Assembly (NCBI GenBank): GCA_024679065.1
Contig: JAGIQG010000043.1
Coordinates: 1,364,001 to 1,428,000 of the forward strand
From: Sphyrna mokarran
Lineage: Eukaryota
Length of the DNA stretch: 64,000 nt
Direction: 5' to 3'
Below, piece after piece: positions 1 to 11,254 of the stretch. Position numbers and translations under genes: made by a program. Below the pieces are notes generated by a model that searched no databases, was not told where the DNA came from, and saw only the letters and a program-made list of their open reading frames with translations. Each line of letters starts with the position of its first letter. Position 1 is the stretch's first letter.

Positions 1-708
1 CTTAGTAGTCTTGATGAACAGAGGGATCTTGGTGTGTATGTGCATAGATCCCTGAAAGTAGGCAGTCAAGTCGAGAAGGTTGTTAAGAAGACATATGGCG
101 TCTTAACTTTTATTTGTAGGGGGATTGAATTTCGGAGCCGCAACGTCATGTTGCAATTGTACAAATCTCGAGTGCGGCTGCACTTGGAGTATTGTGTGCA
201 GTTCTGGTCCCCGCATAATAAGAAAGAAATGGAGGCATTGGAGAGGGTACAGAGGAGGTTTACCAGGATGTTGCCTGTTATGGAGGGCAGGTCTTATGAA
301 GAGAGGCTGAGGGATTTGAGGTTGTTTTCGTTAGAAAGGAGGCGGCTAAGAGGGGACCTAATCGAAACATATAAGATGATTAGAGGTTTAGATAGGGTGG
401 ACAGTGATAGCCTTTTTCCTAGCATGGAGAAAGCTAGCACGAGGGGACACAGCTTTAAATTAAGGGGTGATAGTTATAGGACGGATATCAGAGGTAGGTT
501 CTTTACCCAAAGGGTGGTTCGGGAGTGGAATGCCCTGCCTGCAGCAGTTGTAGATGCGCCAAGTTTGGTGGCGTTTAAGAGGTTAGTTGATAAGTATATG
601 GAAGAGAAGGGAATGGTTTAGTTTGGAGGGGCATTGCTTTTTATATTGGTCGGCGCAACATCGAAGGCCGAAGGGCCTGTTCTGTGCTGTAATGTTCTAT
701 GTTCTATG
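1..708 (+). mobile_element. CR1 LINE 3' end (young subfamily)
   Basis: ORF2 C-terminus (HLEYCVQFWSP, RRRLRGDLIE, RFFTQRVV), 3' UTR, (TTCTATG)n tail. Confidence 0.95.
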
Positions 709-1267
709 TTGCAACTACAAAACTCTAGTGCGGCCGCACTTGGAGTATAGTGTACAGTTCTGGTCCCCGCATTATAAGAAAGATGTGGAGGCATTGGCGA
801 GGGTACAGAGGAAATTTACTAGGATGTTGCCTCGTATGGAGGGCAGGTCTTATGATGAGAGGCTGAGGGATTTGAGGTTGTTTTCGTTAGAAAGAAGGCG
901 GCTAAGAGGGGACCTTATTGAAACATATAAGATGATTAGAGGTTTAGACAGGGTGAACAGTGATCGTCCTTTTCCTAGGATGGAGAAAGCTAGCACGAGG
1001 GGACATAGCTTTAAATTAAGGGGTGGTGATTATAGGACGGATGTCAGAGGTAGTTTCTTTACCCAGAGGGTGGTTCGGGTATGGAATGCCCTGCCTGCGT
1101 CAGTTGTAGATGCGCCATCTTTGGTGGCGTTTTCGAGGTTAGTTGATAAGTTTATGGATGAAAAAGGAATGATTTAGGTTAGAGGGTCATTGTTTTTTTC
1201 TTAATTGGTCGGCGCAATGTCGAGGGCCGAAGGGCCTGTTCTGCGCTGTAATGTTCTATGTTCTATG
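709..1267 (+). mobile_element. Second CR1 3' end, in tandem with the first
   Basis: ORF 587..1177 reads from the first tail into another ORF2 C-terminus with its own tail. Confidence 0.95.
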
Positions 1268-2810
1268 TAAAATACTCCCAACAGGGTGGCCTCTTCTCTC
1301 CTGTTTCTAATCTCTGCCCATACTACCTCAACAGACAAGTCCTCATCAAACTTCCTTTCTGTCACTGCGATACAGTCTTTGACTAATAATGCCACTCTAC
1401 CCCCCCCCCCCTTCTACGTCCTTCTCTACTCTGACTCCGGAACCTGCAACAACCATTACTGTCCTTGCTCTATCCAAGTCTCTGAAATGGCCACAACATC
1501 AAAGTTCCAGGTACTGATCCAAGCTGCAAGTTCATCCACCTTATTGTGAATACTCATTGCATTAAAGTACACACATTTCAAACCATGCTTTACTCCACCC
1601 ATATGATGCTGTGCTTTACAGTCCTCATTTATGACCCCCCTATTCTCATCCTTCTTAACATCCGAGCTACTCAGGATCCCACCCCCCTCCCTCTGAATCA
1701 GTTTAAACCCCCTTGCATAGTCTTTGCAAATTTCCCCGCCAAGATATTGGTTCCCCTCTGGTTCAGGTGTAGGCCATCTCTCTTGTAGAGGTCCCACCTA
1801 ATCCAGAATGAGCCCCAATTGTTTACGAACCTGAACCCCTCCATCCTCTTCGCCACGAGTTCAAACATTCCCTATCTCTGTTCTTCTCTAAACTATCCCG
1901 TGGCACAGGCAATTGTCCAGAGGTAACCACTCTGTTTGTTCTGGCCCTAAGTTTCCACCCCAAGTCCATAAATTTCTGTTTACTATCCCCTTCCCTTATC
2001 CTACCTATGTCATGTGTCCCTACATGAACTATGACTTGGGGCTGACTCCTCTCTCCCTTAAGAATCTTGAACACCTGCTCCGAGATGTCCCGGACCCTGG
2101 CGCCTGGGAGGCAACACACCAGCCCTAAGTCCCGTTCATTACTATTGACTCTCCTATCTGTCCCCCTAACTATGGAGTCCCCAATCACCAGGCCCAATCT
2201 TTTATTTCCCCTACCCACCTGAGCATTCACAGCAAGCTCACCTCCAGAGATCTGCTCCCTTTGGATATCTCCAGTTGATTCTTCCTCAACTGTAGCCTCC
2301 AGGACAGAAAACTTATTTTGGAGGGGAACAGCCCTGGGTGATTGTCTCCCCGATTGCTTCTTACCCTCTTCCTAGCAGTTACCCAAGAATCTCTTTTAGG
2401 AGTGACTACCTCTTTGTAACTCCTGTCAATATCCGCCTCAACCTCCCGAATTATCCGGAGTTCCTCTAATTCCAGCTCCAGCTCCTTAACACGATCCTCA
2501 AGGGGCTGCAAATGGGCATACTTCCTGCAGGTATAATCAGCAGGAACACTACTGGTGTCCCTCACCTCGTACATACCGCAGGAGGTACAACGTACTGCCT
2601 CTCTGTACCAATTTATAGGGTAAGAGAGAGAAACTACAACTACCGGTAAGCCTCCTTATGACGACTTCCGGTTTCCAGTTAATTTTAAAAAAACGGTAAG
2701 ACTACCACCGCTCGCTACTTCAACAAAAAAGAAAATGTTAAAAGTTACCTTAAACTCGAACTCTACACTCGCCCAAATCATTGCCTCTCCGTGCTGCTCC
2801 ACAGGAACAA
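1268..2810 (-). mobile_element. CR1 LINE 5' part: 5' UTR, ORF1 (Zn-finger/coiled coil + SGNH esterase) and start of ORF2 APE endonuclease, degraded
   Basis: ORFs 2227..2574 (YTCRK..LEDRVKELELEL), 1823..2230 (IGDSIVRG..HVGTHD) and 1456..1797 (YFNAMSI.NK..AISETW). Confidence 0.9.
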
Positions 2811-3035
2811 TGAGCTTCTCTGTGACTTTTGGGCGGCCTATAGAAAACATCCAGCAAAGTTACCGACCCCTTGTTATTCCTAACTTCCACCCATAAAGAC
2901 TCAGCAGACAGTCCCTCCACGGCGTCAACTTTCTCTATAGCCGTACACTGTCCCTGATCAACAGTGCCACTTCGCCAGCTCTTTTGCCTCCCTCCCTTTC
3001 CTTTCTGAAACATCCAAATCCTGTTCTATGTTCTA
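2811..3035 (-). mobile_element. CR1 endonuclease fragment
   Basis: ESLWVEVRN..VFYRPP in ORF 2750..3013. Confidence 0.8.
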
Positions 3036-3889
3036 CGTGCCTGTTTGTGTGCGTGTTGTGTGCATCTGAGTGTATGCCTGAGACTGCGAGACAAAGAAAC
3101 TGTTGGCAGTATACTTGGGCCATGCTCACCTAAAAGCAAAAGATTCCTGCTGGACTCAATGGGCCTCTTTCACATCCTGCCCGTTTGAATTCAAGCGGTG
3201 GGCGGGATGGGAAAATTGCTGCTTATGTATTGTGGGAATGGTTGTAACTGCCTGATTACCTTATTTTGAGACTTTATGAGTGCTGCTACGCATTGGCTGC
3301 GTGTATGCATATGTGATTGCATGAGTATGCATGTTTCAGTCTCTGTAGGTGTGAGTGAGAATTTGTTTTTCTGTGTGGGTGGATCAGTGTTCTCTCGAGT
3401 ATTCTGGTCGATAATTAATCCGTCACTAAACATCTAGAAATGTAACAAATTAGCTGTGTCATTATTTAATTGTTCCTTACTGGGGGTCACACTCTGTGCA
3501 AAGGTATTGTCGAATTTGCTACGTTATATTTGGTGAACATAATTTAACAAACCGCTGTCAACGAGTAAGGGTGTAAGCACCTCATGAAAGAAACAACGAA
3601 ATTACACTGCGGTTGATGTGTGAGATTCACTGTTTGGTTTGATATTTGAAGTTTTAAGATAATAAACATGACTTTAATATTTGTGTAAAGGGTTGTTACC
3701 TACGAGGCCACGGATTGCGTGCTGGACAGTAGGATTGAAATAGACGGCGACGTTTCTGACCGGCAGAGACATGACGGGGGAATGGCCTCGTTATATGCCC
3801 ATTCTATCCTTTTGTAGTGCCACGACATTTCCTTGTTTTTAACTGGTTGTGAGGGGTTTGTTGAAAAGATCGACAGCGTCACAATCATT

Positions 3890-4195
3890 AGATATTTTCG
3901 TCACCATGCCAGGTACCCGAGTTTGATTCCTTGAGCAGCTGCCTGTGTGGAGTTTCCATTATTGCACCGTGTTTGCGGGAGTTTCCACCAGGTGGTCGGT
4001 CTTCCTCCCACAGTATAAAGATGTGTAGATGAGTTAGTCCTTAGTCTCCCGATATGTGTAAATAGATTAGCCTTTGTCTATTTGTCGGGTTGCAGGGATA
4101 GAATGGGGGCCAGGCCTGTAAAGATACTCTGCCATAGAGTCCGTGCTGACTTGATGGGCTGAATGGCCTCATTCTGCACTGTATGGATTCTATGA
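3890..4195 (+). mobile_element. tRNA-derived SINE, HE1/V-SINE-like (family A), degraded
   Basis: B-box-like GTTTGATTCC, the GTGTGGAGTTT..CTTCCTCCCACAGT core and a LINE-like tail. Confidence 0.75.
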
Positions 4196-4320
4196 TACCT
4201 GAATGGGGCTTGATAAGAAAGATGCTGAAAGGCTGGTCAGGGAATTTTGAACAAAGTATTGTTATCAGCAATTCCTACGTTAAGTCGCTTTCTAACTTGT
4301 TCTACTTTTTCACTTTGTTA

Positions 4321-5246
4321 TTTCAGTCAATTCCTGCCTGTAGGAGTTGGATCGCTGTGAATGTTCAAGGCTGAAACAGATAGGTTCTTAATCAGTTTGA
4401 GAATGAAGGGTTATGCTAATAATGTGGGACAATCGAGTTGACAATTGTCACGTTGGAACAGCCATAAACTCATTGAATGGCAGAGCAGGCTCGATGGGCA
4501 GAATGGCCTACTTTTGCTCTTGTGTCTTATGGTCTTGGGATGGTGTGATCTGTATCATCCGTGGACACATTCAGCCACTAATTCTCAAACTGTGATAGAA
4601 GCTAATGGAAGCGCATTGAATAGACACTTTCAAAAGGAAATGGGATGAGTACTTCTTTTGGAAAGACCATTGCTGACAATTTTGGGGAAATTTAAAGTGA
4701 AGCTTGAACTAAATGAGAGGCGATGGCCCAGTGATATTATCTCGCGACTAATAGTCCCATACTTAGCTAATATTCTGGGGACACTGCGTTGGACTTGTGC
4801 CATGGCAGATGGTATAATTTGAATCCAATAATTAATATTTGTGATTAAGAATCTACCGATGACCAGGAAACTATTGTCAATTATCAGGACAGCCAGTTGT
4901 CTTGTTCAGTAAAACCCTTTAGGGAAGGAAATCTGCCGTCCATGTTTGGTCTGGCCTACATCCGAATCCAAAGCCATAACAATATAATTGACTCTCAACT
5001 GCCCACTGAACAAAGATAACTGGTGTGAGTAATAAATGCTGGTCAGCTACAAAGGAATAAAACCCAAAATCCAACTTATATTCAATTGATCGAATAATAT
5101 CCTTCAAAGCTGTGTCATTCCATGATTTCATGTAATGTATTTGAAGTTCAGGATAATCTTAAATACGTATGGGCCTACGCCTGCTTCGGCACTACAGAAA
5201 ATGTATTAATATAAATGATGATTCTATGATTTGTGAATATTTCAGA
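4321..5246 (+). pseudogene. Inverted, deleted remnant of a paralogue of the VJ-C1-TM gene
   Basis: 4538-4560 matches the TM exon start at 21/23 nt (GWCDLYHP vs GWCDLEHP). Its acceptor (ctgtag, 4338-4343) is split off by a LINE tail. About 4590-5246 is colinear with 8085->7457, including a 24/24 match (5223-5246) to the last-exon acceptor. Confidence 0.65.
4716..5060 (+). mobile_element. tRNA-derived SINE (family B) with CR1-like tail
   Basis: GAGGCGATGGCCCAGTG head and AGGGAAGGAAATCTGCCGTCC core; homologous copies at 6430, 7650 and 25800. Confidence 0.75.
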
Positions 5247-6429
5247 ATTGAGCTCTGGCTCTGAGATTTTTGTTTTTCTTGTGGGAGGGAAATCCGAGAG
5301 AGTGGGGCGGGGGTGCGCGAAGACGTGGGGACTGATTGAAGTTAGTAAACTATAAGTGGCATTGATATGTTGGATGGGAAATAATTTTTTCTTTGGTAAA
5401 GGAGATTATAGGAAATTATATGTTCATAGAAGATGTGAGGAAAAGCTTTTTCGTCCACAGGATGATGGAAATCAGGAACTCACTGTCTGAGAGGATGGCA
5501 GAAGTGCAAACTTGCCACATTTAATAAGCATTTCGATGATTACGAAAAACGCCTTAACATACAAGATAACGGGGAAAGTGTTGGAAAATGGAATGAGAAT
5601 AAATGGATGCTTTTTGGCTGGCGTGAACATGATGGGCCGAAGATCGTCTTTCTGTGCGATGACATGATATGACTATAAATGGTTGAACTGAACAATATCA
5701 AATTATGAGATGTAATTTATGTAGAAATTTATTTTTCTTGTGGGTCCTTTCAATTCGGTTATCTTCTGATGCTCTGGTTCACATTAGCTGTGTGTCCCCT
5801 GTTCATCAATGGCTAGAAATAGCTGATTCCAATTGCTTTCTTGAGAGCGATAATATCCTACTGGTCACATTTCCTGCTGTCCCCGGACGGACTCTCTTGT
5901 GTCAATTGTTCGAGACATCATCGCCTTTTTTTGACAATTTTATGAAGTCTTAAGATGAAGATATTTTTTTTTTTGTCCAATTATTTTAGGTAGTGGGAGT
6001 ATGTAGTCAAACGAGTGTCCTCTGAATTTTTGCTTATTGTTACGCGTTCCTCTCTTCCCTTTCTCACACTGCATCTGATTATATTGTTGCAAAGCTGTGC
6101 AACACTAGAACTGGCAGAATAGAAACATCTATATGGATAAAAAGGAACAAATGCATTGCGATTGCATCCGTCTATTGCGATAATAATACACATACATATA
6201 TTTATATTTGATGTTCATAGGAAAGGACCATCATTTGTTGTGCCTCCCTTGTTGTCCTTCAACTTGAGCGGATTGATAGGCCTTTTCAGAAGCCGGTTGA
6301 GAGCTAACCACATTGAGACACATAGAATCATACCGCGCAGAAGAGGCCCCGAGGTACGTCGAGTCAGCAGTCACACGCGAGCAACGCCTGAACTCCCACC
6401 TCATCCCATTTTCCAGCACTTGGCCCGTA

Positions 6430-6668
6430 GCTATGTAGGCCAGACCAGATAAGCTGGGCAGATTTCTCCCGCTGAAGGGTCATTAGCGAATCGGATGTGT
6501 TTTCCAACAATTGGCAATTCTCATAATTGTGCAATTCTCAATTCGATTTTTTTTTCTGAGTTCAAATTGAAAACTGTTGTGGCGGCAATCGGTGCCAAGT
6601 CCCCAGAACATTATTTGAGTGTCTGGATTAGTCGTCTCGCGATAATACAACCAGGCCATCGTCTCCTT
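6430..6668 (-). mobile_element. SINE family B
   Basis: Reverse complement of the 4716-5060 element head and core. Confidence 0.7.
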
Positions 6669-7382
6669 TAATAATTAGAGTACTATTAATCAGGGGCAGA
6701 AGTGGCGAGGAAGTGACAAGGGGTGACAAGGAAATCCAAATGATGCAGAAAACATGCATCGAAATTTGTTTCTTCTTCCTTATTCTATTAGTATGAAATG
6801 CGTGGTTAATGATAAATGCAAAGCTAAATAAGTTTAAAATTAGGATGATAACATTGGAAAATGTATGCTTCGATGTCTGTTCAGCCTCTAATTGCGTTCT
6901 AATTGTATAAATGGTCAAAACTCTCACAACTCAAGCAATGACACACATCTAAATGTTTGAGTGATATTGTCAGCTCCACAGAAATTTAAGAATCATAAAG
7001 TTTATACTTAATTATAAGCGTGTTATTGATGAAGTTCAACACAATTCATCGTTATTACATTCCAATAATTAATTGATATTCACAGGTCAACAAATGCACA
7101 GAAAAATTATCTAGTTCCTGTGAGTATACAATCAGCAGAATATTTTCAGAATACCTCCAGAAATCCTCTCACCATTGCTCAACATTTCACATTTGATTAA
7201 TACGGTTCCAATGGAATATCCCGAACTCAAAGTCCAAAAATTTACAGTGAGCCAATCTTTGGCGAATGCGCTGGGAAATTTCAGCTGTTTGAAATGAGAC
7301 TCCTTGGATCCTTGCTTACTTGCATTGATGCTTTGAGATTCTTGGGCAGCCATGTATTCTCCAGAATTCATCATTCAGACTC

Positions 7383-7457
7383 TCATTTCCGACCTGCCTT
7401 CTTTTTTCTTTTCTTTTCCAGAGCGACCAGATCCAGGGAGGCGTAGACAGGTCCACT
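7383..7457 (-). pseudogene. Exon 8, terminal coding exon (SGPVYASLDLVALEKKRKKKAGRK*)
   Basis: atatttcag acceptor, phase 0, YxxL motif typical of immunoreceptor tails, TGA at 7383-7385. Confidence 0.8.
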
Positions 7458-7649
7458 CTGAAATATTCACAAATCATAGAGACATTGCAGTGAATCGTAG
7501 AAGTCCGCCAGTGCTGAAGGAGAACATACAGCATATAGATATTTAAAATCACCCTCAACCTCAAACATGTGACATAAAATCATTCGACACAAATTAAGAG
7601 GTAACTAAGCTGCCCATTGTATCCGTGTTGGGTCTTTGAAAGGTCTATC

Positions 7650-7985
7650 CATTTTTATTTTATTCATTCTTGGGACATGGGCTTCGCCCAAACCGAATTT
7701 TCTTATTCGAAGGCAGCTGAGGGTCAATCACATTGTTGTGGTTCCGGAGTTACATGTAGGCCAGATCAATTAAGAATGACAGATTTATTTCCCGTAAAAA
7801 GATAATTGAAGAAGATGGGGTTTTCTGACAATAGTTTCATGGTCATTAGAAGATCATTAATTGCAGATTTTGTTTCACTGAATAAAAATTCAACCATCTG
7901 TCATGTGAGATACGAACTTAGGCCCCTGGAATATAAGCTGAGTATGTAGGTAAATAGTCTTGCACCAAGACGACTAGGTCATCAC
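7650..7985 (-). mobile_element. SINE family B
   Basis: Same core (ACATGTAGGCCAGA..CAGATTT..) and tail. Confidence 0.7.
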
Positions 7986-8097
7986 TTTAACTTTCTGCAT
8001 AATACTCAGCTCTGATCATTGTAAAGATTGGTTATTCTTTCGGCAGTGGCTATTAAATCTGCTTCCATTGGCCTCTACCTCAATTGGAAACATAGCA

Positions 8098-10875
8098 AGA
8101 CCTAATGTTGTGGCCATTTCAGAGACATGGATAAAGCAGGGACAGGAATGGTTGTTGCAGGTTCCAGGGTTCAAATGCTTCAGTCGGAGTAGAGAAGGAG
8201 GTAGAAGGGGGGGAGGAGTGGCATTATTAGTCAAAGACTGTATCACAGTGACAGAAAAGAAGTTTGATGAGGACTTGTCTTTTGAGGTAGTATGGGCTGA
8301 GATTAGAAACAGGAGAGGAGAGGTCACCCTGTTGGGAGTCTTTTATAGACCTCCTAAAAGTTCTAGAGAGGTAGAGGAAAGGATTGCAAAGTCGATCCTG
8401 GACAGCAGTGAAAGTAATAGGGTAATTGTTATGGGGGACTTTAACTTTACTAATATTGATTGGAATAGCTATATCTCTAGCTCGTTAGAGGGGTCAGTTT
8501 TCGTACAAAGTGTGCAGGAAGGTTTTTTGACTCAGGATGTAGATAGGCCAACTAGAGGTGAGGCTACATTGGATTTGGTGCTGGGCAATGAGCCAGACCA
8601 GGTGTTAGGCTTGGAAGTTAGTGAACATTTTGGGGATAGTGACCACAATTCGGTTACGTTCACCTTAGTGATGGACAGGGATAGGCATGAAGCTGGGGGC
8701 AGTAGTTATAGCTGGGGGAAGGGTAATTATGAGGCCATAAGGAGAGAATTAGAGTGCATAGGTTGGACTAGGAAACTACAGGGACTGGGAACATCTGAAA
8801 TGTGGAGCTTATTCAAGGAGCAGATACTGCGAGTCCTTGATAAGTATGTCCCTGTCAGGCAAGGAGGAAATGGTCGAGTAAGGGAACCATGGTGTACGAA
8901 AAAAGTTAATTCGCTGGTTAAAAGGAAAAAATGAGGCTTATGTCAGGATGAGGCTTGAAGGCTCAGTTAGTGCAATGGATAGCTATAGATGAGCCAGGAG
9001 GGAGCTAAAGAGTAAGTTGAAGAGAGCTAAAAGGGGACACGAGAAAACTTTGGCTGATAGGATCAAGGAGAATCCTAAAGCTTTCTTTAAATATGTTAAG
9101 AATAGAAGATTGGTTAGGGCAAGATTAGGGCCAGTCAGAGACAGCAGTGGGAAGTTGTGCGTGGAGCCTGAAGAGATTGGAGAGGCACTGAACAAATATT
9201 TCTCTTCGGTATTCACGCAGGGAGATGTAAATGTAGTTGTGGAGAACACTGGGATGCAGGGTTGCAAACTGGAAATTATGGAAGTAGATAAGGAGGATGT
9301 GCTAGATATTCTTGAGGGTTTGAAGTTAGATAAGTCCCCTGGGCCGGACGGGACTTACCCTAGGAGTCTCTGGGAGGCGAGAGAAGCGATTGCAGAGCCT
9401 CTGGCTCTGATCTTCAGGTCGTCGTTGGTTACGGGTATCATGCCGGAAGACTGGAGGATAGCGAATGTGGTCCCATTGTTCAAGAAGGGGAAGAGAGACT
9501 TTCCGGGGACTTATAGGCTGGTGAGTCTTACTTCTGTTGTGGGCAAAGTATTAGAGAGAATTATTAGGGATAGGATTTATAGTTATTTAGAGAGAAATGA
9601 ATTGATTGGGGATAGTTAGCATGGTTTTGTGATGGGTACGTCGTGCCTTACTAACGTTATCCAGTTTTTTGAAAAAGTGACCAAAGAGGTGTTTGGGGGT
9701 AAGGCAGTTCATGTGGTATATATGGACTTTAGTAAGGCGTTCGATAAGGTGGCCAATGGAAGGCTTCTGCAGAAAATGCAGATCTATGGGATTGAGGGTG
9801 ATTTAGCTAATTGGATTAGGAATTGGCTAGCAGATAGAAGACAGAAGGTGGTGGTTGATGGAAGATATTCATCGTGGAGTTCGGTTACAAGTGGTGTACC
9901 ACAGGGGTCTGTTTTGGGGCCCATGCTGTTTGTAATTTTTCTATATGATCTGGATGAGGGTATTGAAGGATGGATTAGTAAATTTGCGGATGACACCAAA
10001 GTCGGAGGAGTGGTAAATAGTGAAGAGGGGTGTTACAGTTTGCAGAGAGACTTGGACAAGTTGCAGAGCTTGGTCGAGATGTGGCAAATGGAGTTTAATG
10101 CGGAAAAGTGTGAGGTAATTCACTTTGGCAGGAATAACAAATGTGTAGAGTATAGGGCTAATGGTAGGACTCTTAATAGTGTTGATGAACAGAGGGATCT
10201 TAGTGTATATGTGAATAGATCCCTGAAAGTTGGCAATCAAGTCTATAAGGTTGTTAAGAAGGCATCCGGAGTCTTAGCTTTTATTGTAGGGGGATTGAAT
10301 TTCGAAGCCGCAACATCATGTTGCAACTGTGCAAAACTCTAATGCAGCCGCACTTGGAGTATTGTGTGCAGTTCTGGTCCCCGCATTATAAGAAAGATCT
10401 GGAGGCATTGGGGAAGGTACAGAGGAGGTTTACCAGAATGTTGCCTGGCATGGAAGGAAGGTCTTATGAAGAGAGGCTGAGGGATTTGAGGTTGTTTTCG
10501 TTAGAAAGAAGGCGGCTAAGAGGAGACCTTATAAGATGATTAGAGGTTTAGATAGGGTAGACAGTGATAGCCTTTTTTCTAGGATGGAGAAAGCTAGCAC
10601 GAGGGGACATAGCTCTAAATTAAGGGGTGGTGGTTATAAGACGGATGTCAGATGTAGGTTCTTTACCCAGAGGGTGGTAAGGGTATGGAATGCCCTGTCT
10701 GCGTCAGTTGTAGATGCGCCAAGTTTGGTGCCGTTTAACAGGTTAGTAGATAAGTTTATGGACGAAAAGGGAATGGTTTAGGTTGTAGGGTCATTGCTTT
10801 TTCCGAATTGGTTGGCGCGACATCGAAGGCCGAAGGGCCTGTTCTGCGCTGCAATGTTCTATGTTCTCTGTTCTA
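8098..10875 (+). mobile_element. CR1 LINE, near-complete ORF2 (EN+RT) with stops and frameshifts
   Basis: ORFs 8068..10781 contain [26 protein letters not shown] and FADD; ends in the tail. Lies in the last intron of the VJ-C1 gene. Confidence 0.96.
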
Positions 10876-11254
10876 AAGGACAGGAACAAAAGCTGGCCAT
10901 TCAGTCCATCGTATCTGCTCCCCCAATCGAGTTCATGACGATTCTGATATGAGAGTCATCAACTTCACGTTCCATATTTATTCCCAAAATCCTTTACTTC
11001 CTTACTGTTTAAGAATCTGTTCATCTCAGCCTTCAAAGTGTTTAACGTCCCAACGCGTATAGAGTGACAAAGAAGCAGAATTTGAAAACCAACTTAACAA
11101 AGGCATCACTAACATTTATTCAGAAAACTATTTTAATGAATCTATCAATTCGATTGGTGTTACACAGACAAAACAATTACCATGTTTCTCCGTATGTTAT
11201 GTTCAAAGTTCTTTGACCACGTCTCCGCATTTATCAACTCAATTCCCTTCAGAA

